NCBI GenBank assembly: GCA_965261345.1
Contig: OZ253449.1
Location: 192,001-256,000, forward strand
DNA from: Chloroflexota bacterium
GTDB taxonomy: Bacteria > Chloroflexota > UBA11872 > VXNJ01
Reading direction: 5' to 3'
DNA length: 64,000 bases
Below, piece by piece: positions 31,516 through 42,685 of the stretch. A model generated the notes under the pieces. The model searched no databases. It was not told the DNA's origin and saw only the letters and a list, made by a program, of their open reading frames with translations. The first letter of the stretch is position 1. Each line of letters begins with the position of its first letter. A program made the translations under genes and the position numbers.

Positions 31516-32279
31516 GGCCCCCACAGGTAATCGACGAGGTGGTGGGCCAGCTGCGCACCCTGCGCCTGCCGCACATGCGAAAGGCCGCCCCGGAGCTGCT
31601 TAGGACCGCAAAGTCGCAGCGCTGGGATCCGGCCGAGGCGCTGAAGGCGCTCCTGGACGAGGAGATCGCCGGGAGGGCGGCCTCGTCGCGGGAGCTGCGC
31701 CGCAAGGCGGCCGGGTTTCCCTCAGGGAAGACGCTTGACAGCTGGGACGGCGAGCTCTCCTCGATCCCCGAACCCACCCGGCGATCGCTTATGACCCTGG
31801 AATGGATAGAACGCAAAGAGAACGTGGTCCTATACGGTCCGTCCGGTACCGGCAAGTCCCATTTCCTGGAGGCTCTCGGCCAACTGGCGGTAGAGCGCGG
31901 CTACCGGGTGTCCTGGTTCGCGCTGGAAGAGCTGGGACAGCTGGTCAAGCGCCACCGGGTCGATGACTCGGTCGGCAGGGCGGTAAGAAAGCTTTTGAAG
32001 GCGGACCTGATCGTCATCGACGACATCGGGCTGCTGCCGGTAGGCCAGGAGACCGCCGAGGCGTTCTTCCGGGTAGTTGACGCCGCCTACGAACGGCGCT
32101 CGGTGGCCGTCTCCTCGAACTTGCATCCGTCGGGCTTTGACGAGATCCTGCCCAAATCACTGGCCAATGCGACCGTGGACAGACTACTCCACCACGCCCA
32201 TGCCCACCCGACCTCGGGTGAGAGCATTCGCTTAACCCAGGCGATGGCCGGGCAAGGAGTGGCGCCGCTGACCGGATAA
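31512..32279 (+). CDS. istB: IS21 helper ATPase
   Basis: Walker A GPSGTGKS; Walker B LIVIDD; DRLLHH. Confidence 0.95.
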   Translation: MRPPQVIDEVVGQLRTLRLPHMRKAAPELLRTAKSQRWDPAEALKALLDEEIAGRAASSRELRRKAAGFPSGKTLDSWDGELSSIPEPTRRSLMTLEWIERKENVVLYGPSGTGKSHFLEALGQLAVERGYRVSWFALEELGQLVKRHRVDDSVGRAVRKLLKADLIVIDDIGLLPVGQETAEAFFRVVDAAYERRSVAVSSNLHPSGFDEILPKSLANATVDRLLHHAHAHPTSGESIRLTQAMAGQGVAPLTG

Positions 32280-32282
32280 CCC

Positions 32283-32680
32283 TTGCCCGAAGTGATGAAA
32301 TGCTCGTCGCGGTAACGATTGCAGCGGCCCCGTCCAATACCGGATCCGGGCCGCTGCCGTGCATGCGGGCAAATTGGACGGTCTGCGCCACGGCAGGCCG
32401 CCTCAACCTGCCCGCCCGGAAATCGAATGCGGGAAAAGCGCCCCCGCCGCTGCGGGCCGATTGACGCCATGCGGCCCCCAATTCAGTCGATATAGACAAC
32501 ATCTGCAAAAAGCATGGCCGCCAGGAGGCCCATACAGCGGTTCTGACGGGCGGTTGTGACCCCGGACCCTTGGCGCAAACCGGTTTGTGGCGGGCAGCTT
32601 TGGCCAAAATCGGGGTAGGAACAACTGACGCCGCCGCCGGAGAGGAGGTGTTCGGATCAGCCTGCGGCAGGGCGTCCAAT
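32283..32680 (+). ncRNA. Candidate structured RNA in the IS21-A 3' tail
   Basis: No credible ORF; nested stems 32283-89/32366-72 and 32321-30/32348-57; loop 32331-38 complementary to 32373-80; read by eye only. Confidence 0.35.
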
Positions 32681-33877
32681 TAGAGAAATCAGGCCGGTCG
32701 CGGCGCCTTCAACAAACTGCCCACGCATGGGCAGTTTGTTGGCCACCTATGTGCAGAGATACATGTCCGCCGGCGGGCACTTCTCAATGTCCGCGAACAG
32801 CGAGACACTCCCGGCATTAAGCATGTGCCGGGAGCTTGTCAACGCGGAACTGTCGCCGATTTCACTGAGCGTTTATTCGCAGGACATCATCGACGACCTG
32901 AGCAAGTTCAAGGAGCGGGCGCCACCACTCACGTGTTAGGCGTCCTGCCCAAGATGCTGCTTAAGGCCCCGGGATTGAAACGCAAGGCCCGCAGCATCGA
33001 TACTCTCCTGGATCGGGTCTTGAGCGTCCATACCCCTGCCCAGCGGGCGGGCTGCCCGCGGGATCTTGCCGACGACCGGCTCAGCCTGCACGCGAGCGAT
33101 CCGCAGTTCCTGCCGGGATCGAACCGGCGATTTGCGCTTTCGGCGCCGCTGATTGCCAGTGTTTACCTTGGCGATGCCCTCAAATTCGCCGTATACAACA
33201 TGGCGTCGCGGCCAGAGATTTATGAACGAATCCAGGCTGAGGCCGATGCCCTGTTCGATGGCGGCGATCCGGATCGCGACGAATTTACCCCGTCCGCAAA
33301 TGACGTTACGCACCGGTTCCTCATGGAATCGATGCGTATGTACCCAATCGTCCCGATGTCGGTCCGCAACGTGATGAATGCCTGCGTGGTTGAGGACTTC
33401 GTACTCGATGTCGGGTCGCGAAGCCACATCGCCCAGACACTCTCGCATTACATGCAGGAAGAATTCGCCGAACCATTCAAATTCGATATCGATCGTTTCC
33501 TTCCACCGCGCCAGGAGCATCGGGGCCCCGGTTACGCACCGTACGGACTGGGAACGCACACATGCTTGGGCACCCAGTGGATGGAATTGCAGCTGGCGAT
33601 CAACGTGCTAATGCTCACCCACTACTTTGAGATCATGGTGTCACCCGAAAACTTCAAGCTGAAAATCAACCCCTATCCGTCGCTGTCACCGAGCAAGCAG
33701 CTCAATTACCACCTGGCCGCTCGCAGGCGTGAAATACCGGCCTAAGACGCTTTCGCTGAATTAGCCCTCGGCTCGTCTGCCGTTTGCTACCCAACCTTCG
33801 ACCAGGACCTGGTCGCATATGGCAGGGAATCTCTGGGGCGCGGCCGCCGATAACTTCACCGCGGCACCGTTAGCCGC

Positions 33878-36349
33878 TTAAGTTGAGGCTTGTCCCTGAT
33901 CGTGACGCCTGTGAACTTCGTCGATCGCCACGTCGAGATCAGCCCACAGGCGATCCACCATTGAACGCAGCCGCATGTTCTGGTAGGCGCCCCAAACGGT
34001 CATCGCCGGCGGCACCACCAGGATCGAGAAGAGAAGCGAATAGAAGATCGTGATCGCCGCCGTAAGGCCAAACTGCTGTGAGGCGGCCAGCGGCGCAAGC
34101 GCCAACATCCCGAGCCCGAGCGCGGTCGTTAAGCCTGAACCCAGCAACGCCGACCCGGTGATCGATAGTGTCCGCACCGCGGCGGTCTCCGGATTGCGGG
34201 TTTTTGCAAATTCCTCCCGGTAGCGGTGAATGACATGAATCGTGTAGTCGATCCCAATCCCAATAGAAAGCGCGGTGATGATCGAGGTGATAAGCGTATA
34301 CGGGATCCCCAGCAGCGCCATGGTGCCCAGGACCGAGATAAGCACCAGCACGATAGGTCCGACCGCAACGATCGAGAGCATCGGCTGGCGCAGCGTCACC
34401 CAGAAGAAAACGGCCAGGATCGTTATGGCCGCCGCAATGGTGGTGGCTATCGACTCGGTTTGCCGCTCGGTGATCGAATCGGTGACCGTGATCGAGATGA
34501 CGCCGTTAGAAGTTGCCGTAACGGAGTCATCGTCACCCAACCAGAGTACTTCGATTTCCTCTTGGAGAACCTGCGCTTGCCCGGGATTGTCTGAGTAGGT
34601 CGGGAACTGCAGCAGGATTGCATCGATGCCGTCCGGGTTGTTTACCAGCAGTCGCCCAAGGGCGGGGTCCTTGGCCCCCAGCTGGTCCAACAACTCCTGC
34701 ATCAGTCCCTGGTCAACATCCACCCCGGCGGAAGCCCCACGGAGTAGGGCGGCCAATTCCGGGTCGTACTTGTCGCCCGGTTCGCCGCTATCGCTGGTCC
34801 AATCGCGCACAAGCAATTCATACGTTGCCAGAATCGGTCCCGCTGCCGCCCCCGGCCGGGCCGATTCTTGTCCGAATGCGGTAGTTAGATCTCGCAGGTT
34901 CAATAGCGTGCGGGTCTCGGTGGCCTCGGCCCTGATCAGCACCGTTGCCAACTCGGTCGACCCGCCGACGGCCTCATTGAGGGTGTCCATGTCCTCGAGC
35001 ACGCTTCCGTCACGCGGCAGGATGTCACGGATACTAAATTCCGACTCGATCCCGGTTGCCGCAATCCCCAGCGCTATGGTCACCGCAAGCACGCCCAGAA
35101 GATACGGCGCCGGCCGGTTGGTAACGCTCCGACCCAGCAACTCCGCCGCGCGTTCAATTCCCGGTAGAGCCTGCGAGACCGGGCGCGGCGTGGCCAACGT
35201 CCCGCGCGCTTCGCGCCGCCGGTCGATGATCATCCGGCCGGCTGGGAGGAGCGTTAGCATCACGATTAGGCTCAAGCCCACGCCCAGGCCCGCTATGACG
35301 CCAAAGTCGCCGACGATGCCGATTGGGGAAAACTTGCTCGCAAACAAGCTGACCATGGTTGTTATGGCGGCCAGTATCAGCGGGACGATAACGATACGCA
35401 GTCCGATGCGGACCGATTCCACCACCGGCTCACCGGCGCTGCGCTGTTCGCGGTAGTGCGTAACGATCTGGATCGCATAGTCCACCGAGAGGCCGATTAT
35501 GATGATCGGCACCAACGTCGTTAGCGAATTTGGAGGACCGGTTAGCCCAAGCGCATTCGGTCCGAGAAAGCCCTCCACGCCGATGATCCAGACCAGCGCC
35601 ATAACCAATCCGGCCAAGGTGAGCAGGACATCTGCGGCGGTGCGCAGGAATAGAACCAGCAGGGCTACGATCAGCAGCAGCGCCAACCCCGTCACCGGCA
35701 ACATCCCCACCTCGGTGGCTTCCTGGTATTCGTCCTCGATTACCGTGGGTGAAATGCTGCTCGCCCGCAGCGGCCCTGCGTCTGCGACCGCGAGTGCGTT
35801 TATGTGGCGTTCGGCCTCGGCAACCCGCTCGTCGCCGGTCTCGCGCAGCCGGATTGTGGCAATCGCGACTGGGACTTCATCGGCGTCGGTACCGGTCAGC
35901 GCATCAAGCGCCACCCCGATCGGCGGAACACCGCGGACCGAGTCGATATCAGCTTGCGTGACCGAATCAAGAGCGTCAACCTGTAGCACGGCTTGAACCA
36001 GCAATGAGGGCGCGATGATCGCATCGTCAGCCACCAGGAGTTCGGCAACGCTCGGCTCGCCTGAGATCTGCTCTATCAGAGCGGCCATCTGCGCCAGACC
36101 GGCGGGAGTGAGCGCTTCGCCGCGGAAGAGGAGCGTTACGACGCTGGCCTCGCCGGAATCTCCGAATAGCCGATCAACCGCGTCGAGTGTTTCTCGAACG
36201 GGGCCCCTGGGAAGCATTGCCTCGGGCGATGGCGGCGGTGCGCGCAACCCCGCCCCGGCGGCCAGCGCAAAGGTAATTACGACCAGGACTGCGATGTTCA
36301 GCCACGGGCGGGCCGTAACTAGCCGACTAAAAATACCCAGCAGAATCAT
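33878..36349 (-). CDS. MMPL/RND-family lipid transporter
   Basis: Two repeats of a large soluble loop plus TM bundle; GLSVDYAI and GIGIDYTIH motifs. Confidence 0.9.
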   Translation of the reverse strand: MILLGIFSRLVTARPWLNIAVLVVITFALAAGAGLRAPPPSPEAMLPRGPVRETLDAVDRLFGDSGEASVVTLLFRGEALTPAGLAQMAALIEQISGEPSVAELLVADDAIIAPSLLVQAVLQVDALDSVTQADIDSVRGVPPIGVALDALTGTDADEVPVAIATIRLRETGDERVAEAERHINALAVADAGPLRASSISPTVIEDEYQEATEVGMLPVTGLALLLIVALLVLFLRTAADVLLTLAGLVMALVWIIGVEGFLGPNALGLTGPPNSLTTLVPIIIIGLSVDYAIQIVTHYREQRSAGEPVVESVRIGLRIVIVPLILAAITTMVSLFASKFSPIGIVGDFGVIAGLGVGLSLIVMLTLLPAGRMIIDRRREARGTLATPRPVSQALPGIERAAELLGRSVTNRPAPYLLGVLAVTIALGIAATGIESEFSIRDILPRDGSVLEDMDTLNEAVGGSTELATVLIRAEATETRTLLNLRDLTTAFGQESARPGAAAGPILATYELLVRDWTSDSGEPGDKYDPELAALLRGASAGVDVDQGLMQELLDQLGAKDPALGRLLVNNPDGIDAILLQFPTYSDNPGQAQVLQEEIEVLWLGDDDSVTATSNGVISITVTDSITERQTESIATTIAAAITILAVFFWVTLRQPMLSIVAVGPIVLVLISVLGTMALLGIPYTLITSIITALSIGIGIDYTIHVIHRYREEFAKTRNPETAAVRTLSITGSALLGSGLTTALGLGMLALAPLAASQQFGLTAAITIFYSLLFSILVVPPAMTVWGAYQNMRLRSMVDRLWADLDVAIDEVHRRHDQGQAST

Positions 36350-37415
36350 GGCGATTCATTCTAATTTGGCAGCTCCCGCCCGCTGGCCGCCGCACTCTGC
36401 GGGCAGAAGCCTTGGGGGCCGGCGCCAGGCGTTCCGGATGCGCCGGTCGGCTGCCCGCGATCGGGTTGTGCCAATACGAATGCACCGATCAATTCGTTTC
36501 TCGCCACTGTCTGCCGGTCTTTCCCGGGCTCAAGCCCGGCAGACAGCAAAGGTACCGGCCATTGCCCGCCGGAAACAGAACGAATTCGCAGTCTAGAAGC
36601 GCGGCGTTTGTTGGCAAAACGATCCCGATGACGAGGCTACGCGTGTAAGGAGGGCACCGCCGCTGGCGGACTCGACCCTGGCGGAGATGTTGGGGCGTTG
36701 ACTGTGGCCAGAGTTTGGATTTCCCAACCGCGCCAGGCTGCAGGCGCATGGACTGTTCGGACCGACGTCGATCTTAATTGTTCCTGGCCAGGAAGGCGTT
36801 GGTTCCCGCGACCGCGATCGCCCTGGGCCCGGTTTCCCATCCCGATGGCCTCAAGATTGTCATCGCGATCGGTGCAAGATTGGTCTTCTTGCTGTTTTTC
36901 CTTTAAAAGAACTACGGACTTTGTGGAGTCAGAAATGCCGTTAAGTTATGACTTCTCATACAGGAGTACGCGTAGGGAGATCGATACGTCGTGCCGTCGA
37001 CGCAGGTTATTTCTGGATATGCAGGTTTAGGTTGACAGCTTGGTGTCCAATCTTTCGCCAGCCAACGGAAAACGGCCCTTTTGCAATCGACCTGCCGTTC
37101 GATCGACCGTAGTTAACGTTTTTTGGTGTTACCCGGTGGCAATGATCGTCTCGGGTGCCCAGGCCCAACAAACTCAATTCAAGTTGCGTTGAATTCCCTC
37201 TTATCTATCTACGGTGGCGATTGCCAAGTCCAACTACGGTGCCAGGTTGGCAGCGGGAGGGCGCGCCCGAGCATTGACGGGCAGTCCGGCGGAGGCGAAT
37301 GCGTTGGGCCAGATTTGGACATAGCGGGAAATCTCGCCCATTAAATGGTTGCCGGCAACTCGTATGGATGTGGCCAAAACAATTGCCGCAAATACCCGAC
37401 GAGTAAACTCTGCCC

Positions 37416-37835
37416 ATGTCGAACCATGAACACGCCGATCCAACCGTTACGGTGGTCCGCGACGTCGAGCGAGAAGTAGAGGTTCGCTCGGGCGCTATGA
37501 CGCGCATGGCGGGGGTGTCAGAGACGCTTACGGGGGCCAAGGGCATTCACCTTGCTGAGGCCACTTTGCCGCCCGGCCGCTGTTCGTCGCCGCACTACCA
37601 CACCAACTGCGAGTCAGCGATATATGTAGCTGCGGGCAATGGGGTCATGCTGTCGGGAGATGGTCTTTCTACTGAGGTGGTGATCGGCCCTGGAGACATG
37701 ATTTACATTCCGCCGGGCGCCGCCCACCAGCCGGTAAACACAAGCGACATAGAACCCTTGCGGCTCATCGTCGCACGCAATACACGGGTGGAGTTGGTTG
37801 TCGAAATGGGTGATGTCGGCCGCAAGGACTGCTAA
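37416..37835 (+). CDS. Cupin-domain protein
   Basis: PHYHTNCESAIY and YIPPGAAHQP cupin motifs. Confidence 0.88.
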   Translation: MSNHEHADPTVTVVRDVEREVEVRSGAMTRMAGVSETLTGAKGIHLAEATLPPGRCSSPHYHTNCESAIYVAAGNGVMLSGDGLSTEVVIGPGDMIYIPPGAAHQPVNTSDIEPLRLIVARNTRVELVVEMGDVGRKDC

Positions 37836-38178
37836 TTGCCCGCACAATAGCCTGGTCACCGGCGGCAGGAAACCATTGGCGCTTGCGCCGTACCGTCAGT
37901 GGCCAATAAGCGGGCCGTAGCGGGCAAGGCCAACGATTGATCGAATCTGGCGTTGCGACTTGCACTTAGGCTCCATCCGTCCGGCGAACACTGGCAGTTC
38001 GGAATCAGGATCGTTAAAAAAGACCCCTTAAACAACCGATAGAGCCCGGGTCGTGGAAGGTTTGCAATTAGCCATGTTATTTCCAGCGGAGCCAGTCGGA
38101 CTGCCAGCGCCTTGGGCATGTATTGGCCTAAGCCGGCCTCGCCCTTAGACTTTTCCCAGACTGGGGGAGGATGATGCG

Positions 38179-39348
38179 GTGGCAGTTAAAGACATTAACG
38201 CTCCGAAATATCGGCCGCTGGCCGAAGTCCGGAAAGAGTTTCGCGTCAAATGGTACCGGTGCCCGATCGAACACCGGGTCCTGCGTGAGCTGTCGCAGCG
38301 GAGCAATCTGCAAGGCTTCATCCAGGCGGTCGGCCACCTCGGGTTGTTTGCCATCACTGGCATGTTGGCCTATTTCTTGTGGGCGCAGCACATCTGGGCC
38401 GGGTTTGCTTTCGCGTTGTTCCTGCACGGGACGGTAGGGAGCTTCTGGGTCAGAGTTGCCGGACACGAGCTTTCACACGGTTCGGTTTTTCGAACAAAGC
38501 AGCTAAATAAATTTTTCCTTTATTTATTTAGCACTCTTAGCTGGTGGGATCCGTTCGAATACGCCGCCAGTCACACCTATCACCACCGCTATACCCTTCA
38601 CCCTGAGGGCGACCGGGAAGTCCTCCTACCCTTGAAGCCGACAGTCGGCAAGACGTTTCTGCTCCAGTTATTTACCATAAATGTCTTCACTCAACGCGGA
38701 CGTACGTTGAGCCGGGGCGGTCTCCCCTCGTCCGTGGCGATCACTCTAAAGACGGCCTTGGGCCCAGCTGGATCCGTCGTGTTTCCCAACAATGAATGGG
38801 TGTCGTCGCTTCACACTGACCAACCGGACCAGTTTCGCCGCGCGATGTGGTGGGCGCGCTGGCAATTGGCGTTCCACTCAGCAGTGATTGTGGTGGCAAT
38901 TTTCACCGGGCAATGGGTGTTGCCATTTCTGCTAACCATCTTCCCTTTTATCGGGAACTGGGCTCACTATTCGGTCACGTTGCCCCAACACTGCGGCCTA
39001 ATCGATAACGTTCAGGACTTTCGTAAGAGCGTGCGGTCGATGACCCTCATCCCGATCCTTGAATTCCTCTATTGGCGCATGAACTGGCACTGCGAGCACC
39101 ACATGTATGCAGGCGTACCGTGCTACAACTTGAAAAAACTTCACCGGGCGCTCGCTCACGACATGCCCAAGCCGCGCACCTTGATCGGTGCCTGGAAGGA
39201 AATGCTGGCAACCTGGGATCGCCAGCAGGATGATCCAGACTATCAGTACGACACTCCTCTTCCGCCAGGTGCCAGCTCCGTTCGCAGCGACCAACCACAC
39301 GAACTAGAAAGCTCTATCGGAGATCTGGCACCCAGGGAAATTCGGTAA
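38179..39348 (+). CDS. Membrane fatty-acid-desaturase-family di-iron enzyme
   Basis: His boxes HELSH, HTYHH, HCEHH; TM segments; RBS ggagg. Confidence 0.9.
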   Translation: MAVKDINAPKYRPLAEVRKEFRVKWYRCPIEHRVLRELSQRSNLQGFIQAVGHLGLFAITGMLAYFLWAQHIWAGFAFALFLHGTVGSFWVRVAGHELSHGSVFRTKQLNKFFLYLFSTLSWWDPFEYAASHTYHHRYTLHPEGDREVLLPLKPTVGKTFLLQLFTINVFTQRGRTLSRGGLPSSVAITLKTALGPAGSVVFPNNEWVSSLHTDQPDQFRRAMWWARWQLAFHSAVIVVAIFTGQWVLPFLLTIFPFIGNWAHYSVTLPQHCGLIDNVQDFRKSVRSMTLIPILEFLYWRMNWHCEHHMYAGVPCYNLKKLHRALAHDMPKPRTLIGAWKEMLATWDRQQDDPDYQYDTPLPPGASSVRSDQPHELESSIGDLAPREIR

Positions 39349-41194
39349 CTTAGAGCCCTTTAGGCAAGACTGCGCCGAGCGAACACCGGCGGGACTGGTG
39401 GGCATCTCTGATGACCGGATATAAATTGGGCGCCCTTGGAGTTGTTTTACGAAGCCCGGCGGCCAACTGCTCGATTCCGCGATTGCTGCAATCATGGCAG
39501 CAGCCGAATTCGGCTTCCCTTTTTGGCACGAGCCGCAGTAACAACGACGCCGCATGCATCGAGCATCAAATGCTCCTGCGGCCGCCATAGGACTGATTTC
39601 TTCCGTGGTGGGCGGCCCCGCAATCGCGCCAATTGGCCAGCCCAGCTCTGCAAAATGGATCGGTTACCGGGCGAACGTAAGACAAACGCCGATACGCAGG
39701 AGACCTGGAACGAGCCTGACGCTTCCAATGCCACCCAACAGATACCCGCGTAAAAGCATCGGTCCGGGATCTGCGTTTGAGGTCAACTACCCAGCCTGGA
39801 TGGCAGTTTCGGCTGTTGCCGCACTTCCACCGCTGCCCTTGGCCTTGATGTTGAAGCGTCCAGGTTGTGTCCCAATAGTTATGCAAAAAGCAGGCCCGTA
39901 AAAAGAAGCGGGCCACGGCGTCTCCTTAAATTCTTGAGTTAGCACAACTCGGAGCCTTAAGGGAGGCAACCAGTGACCCGATTGAAGAATAACCACAACG
40001 CTATTGACTGGCGCCAAGAGCTCAAAAGTGATCCCGAGCTCTTCCGCGGCATCATCCACCAGACCGTCCAGGAGATCGGAGGAAGCCGAGATGGACGAGG
40101 CGTTGGGAGCCGGTAAGAGTGAGCGTACCGCTGGCCGTCGCGGCTACCGGAGCGGCTACTACGGCCGCGGACTTATCACCCGGGTGGGCAAGATCAGACT
40201 CAGGGTGCTGACAGGACCGCCAGGGACGCTTTAGCACCGAGATCTTTAAAGCGCTACCAGCGCAGTGAAAAAGCCTTGGTGAGCGCCCTGGCTAAAGATG
40301 TACGTCCAGGGGGTATCGACCAGGAAAGTCAAGGCCATTACCGAAGAGCTGTGTGGTCACGCATTCTGAAGCCTCCAACATCTCCCGGATTAACAAGCAG
40401 CTAGATGCCGCTCTGGAAATTGCCCGAGCGCCCACTGGAGGCCAACTATCCCTACCTGATCCTTGATGCCCGCTACGAAAAGGTACGCGAGGAGGGAGTC
40501 ATCCGGTCCCAGGCGGTCCAGATCGCCATCGGCATCAACTGGGAGGGCAGACGCTCGGTACTGGCAGTCGAGCTGGTAAACCGTGAGAGTAAGAGCAGCT
40601 GGCGCGACTTTCTGTCCCGGATGCGCGATCGCGGCCTCAGCGCCGTGCAGTTTGTCGTTACCGATAACCACGCCGGACTAAAGCAGGCGATCGCCGAGTA
40701 CTTACCCGAAGCCATCTGGCAACGCTGCTATGTCCACTTCCTGCGCAATGCGCGCGACTACCTGCCGCGAAGGGCCGATGACGACTGTCTCCAAGAACTT
40801 CGCTGGCTCTACGATCGGCGCGATCTCTCCGAGGCCCGTCGGGACCTCTTAGCCTGGCTGGGCAAATGGCAGGGCCGCTATCCCAGGCTCTGCGACTGGG
40901 TAGAGAGCGGCATTGAGGAGACTTTCAGCTTTTACCGTCTGCCGCGGCAGCACTACAAGCACCTTAAATCCACCAACATGCTGGAGCGGTTAAACGAGGA
41001 GATAAAGCGCCGGACGCACGTGGTGCGGATCTTTCTTGGGTCGTGCGAGTTGCCTGCGCTTGGTCAGGGCGCTTGCGGTCGAACAGCACGAGAACTGGTG
41101 TTCGACGGCAGTTACTTTTGCAGAACTGACGACAGTTACTTTTGCAGCCCTATTGATATGACTGATTGGAGATCTCCCGACTGGAGACGCCGAT

Positions 41195-42685
41195 TTGGTC
41201 ACCGATCGACAAGTCACACTACTGAGGCTGCAACTGATGCAAGGCAAGAAGATGGCCACCGCCGCGGCGGTGGCCGGGATGAGCGCGCGCTCGGGCCATA
41301 ACTGGCGCGAAGGGAAGCTCCCGTCCGATAGCAAAAGGCAAGATCGCCACTGGCGCACCCACCCCGATCCCTTCGGAGGGGTATGGGAAGAGGAGGTCGT
41401 GCCGCTCCTGCAAAGCGACCGCAACGGGGTACTGCAGGCCACCACCATCCTGGAGCGGCTCTGCGGCAAGTACCCGGATCGGTTCTCGTCAGCACAACTG
41501 CGCACCCTGCAGCGCCGGGTCCGCGATTGGCGGGCGCTCTCAGGCCCCGACCGGGAGGTCTACTTCCCCCAGGTCCATCCGCCGGGAAGGGAGGCGCAGC
41601 TGGACTTCACCAGCGCCAGCAAGCTGGAGGTGACGATCGCCGGGACGCCCTTCCCGCATCTCCTGTTCGAGTTCGTGCTCTCCCACTCCGGCTGGCGCTA
41701 CGTCGAGCTTTCCTCGACCGAGAGCTTCATGTCCCTCAAGTCGGGATTGCAGCACGCTCTCTACGAGCTGGGCGGGACCCCGCAGATCATCCGTTCCGAC
41801 AACCTCTCGGCGGTCACCCACGAGCTGCGGAAGACCGGCGGCCGGACCCTGAACCGGACCTATCGCCAGCTTCTGGAGCACTACGGCTTAAAGTCAACTC
41901 GCACCAATCCGCGCAAGGCGCACGAGAACGGGGTCGTGGAGCAGGCCCACCGGCGGATGAAGAATCTTTTGCGGCAGGAGCTGCTGCTGCGCGGGAGTTC
42001 GGACTTTTACTGCGTCGGCGACTACCGGGACTTCGTGCTGGCGATAGTCGACAAAAAGAACCGGGCGGCAGCGGCCAGGACGGAGATTGAGCGCTCACAC
42101 CTTCGGCCCCTACCGCCGACTCCCCTGCCCGATTACGTCACGTACCAGGCTCGGGTGCGCAAATGGAGCACCATCAGGGTCTCCAATCGCACCTACACGG
42201 TACCACCGCGCCTGATCGGGCAAAAGGTGGAAGCCCGTCTCTACCCCGAGCACCTGGACGTCTACTACAAGGGAAGTTTCATCGAGCGCATCGAGCGCGT
42301 CAGCGGCGCCCGGCGCGCCCGCGTCAATTACCGCCACGTAATCGCCTCGCTGGTTAGGAAACCGGGCGCATTTGCCCGCTACCGCTGGCGCGACCAGCTC
42401 TTTCCCACCCTTACCTTCCGCCGCGCCTACGATGCGCTCCTGGGGTGGCGCGGCCGGCACAGCGCCGACGTCAATTACCTGCGCATCCTGCAACTGGCGG
42501 CCACAACCATGGAGGCCGACGTGGCCAGGGCCCTGGCCGGACTCCTGGATAAGGGCGAGCGCTTCGACTGTCAGGACGTGCGCGATCTGGTCGCGCCGCG
42601 CTCGCCGTCGATACCCGAGCTGGCATCCCTGGCAACACCCGACCTGGCAATCTACGATCGTTTGCTTACCGGGGCCCGACGATGA
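41195..42685 (+). CDS. istA: IS21 transposase
   Basis: WRTHPDPF, LRTLQRR, AQLDFT, SDNLSA, ENG.VE motifs. Confidence 0.92.
   Translation: MVTDRQVTLLRLQLMQGKKMATAAAVAGMSARSGHNWREGKLPSDSKRQDRHWRTHPDPFGGVWEEEVVPLLQSDRNGVLQATTILERLCGKYPDRFSSAQLRTLQRRVRDWRALSGPDREVYFPQVHPPGREAQLDFTSASKLEVTIAGTPFPHLLFEFVLSHSGWRYVELSSTESFMSLKSGLQHALYELGGTPQIIRSDNLSAVTHELRKTGGRTLNRTYRQLLEHYGLKSTRTNPRKAHENGVVEQAHRRMKNLLRQELLLRGSSDFYCVGDYRDFVLAIVDKKNRAAAARTEIERSHLRPLPPTPLPDYVTYQARVRKWSTIRVSNRTYTVPPRLIGQKVEARLYPEHLDVYYKGSFIERIERVSGARRARVNYRHVIASLVRKPGAFARYRWRDQLFPTLTFRRAYDALLGWRGRHSADVNYLRILQLAATTMEADVARALAGLLDKGERFDCQDVRDLVAPRSPSIPELASLATPDLAIYDRLLTGARR

Larger units (their letters stand above)
29800..32799 (+). mobile_element. 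IS21-family element A, copy 1 (3000 bp)
   Basis: Ends TGTGGGCGGACA...TGTCCGCGAACA; 6-bp TSD GCGAGA (29794-29799 and 32800-32805); istA-istB. Confidence 0.95.
29272..33745 (+). pseudogene. Cytochrome P450, interrupted by IS21 and frameshifted
   Basis: Removing 29800..32805 restores W-Q-V-G-E-T-L-P; ESMR (ExxR) and YGLGTHTCLG heme motifs; extra frameshifts near 29520 and 32922; 5' boundary approximate. Confidence 0.88.

Noticed and set aside
30478-31524. 348-aa antisense ORF (and its twin at 45083..46129), plus many other overlapping ORFs
   Set aside because: Shadow frames of GC-rich genes; no recognisable motifs
32290-32300. Hammerhead ribozyme core (gtgatga)
   Set aside because: Not CUGANGA, and no correctly placed GAAA or stem III
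32014-32679. 221-aa minus-strand ORF as a third IS21 gene
   Set aside because: Overlaps istB antisense, has low-complexity composition, and shows no motif
41108-41150. Tandem repeats resembling a mini CRISPR array (also 43444-43478 and 48940-48999)
   Set aside because: These are transposase-binding repeats at IS ends; no spacer array or cas genes
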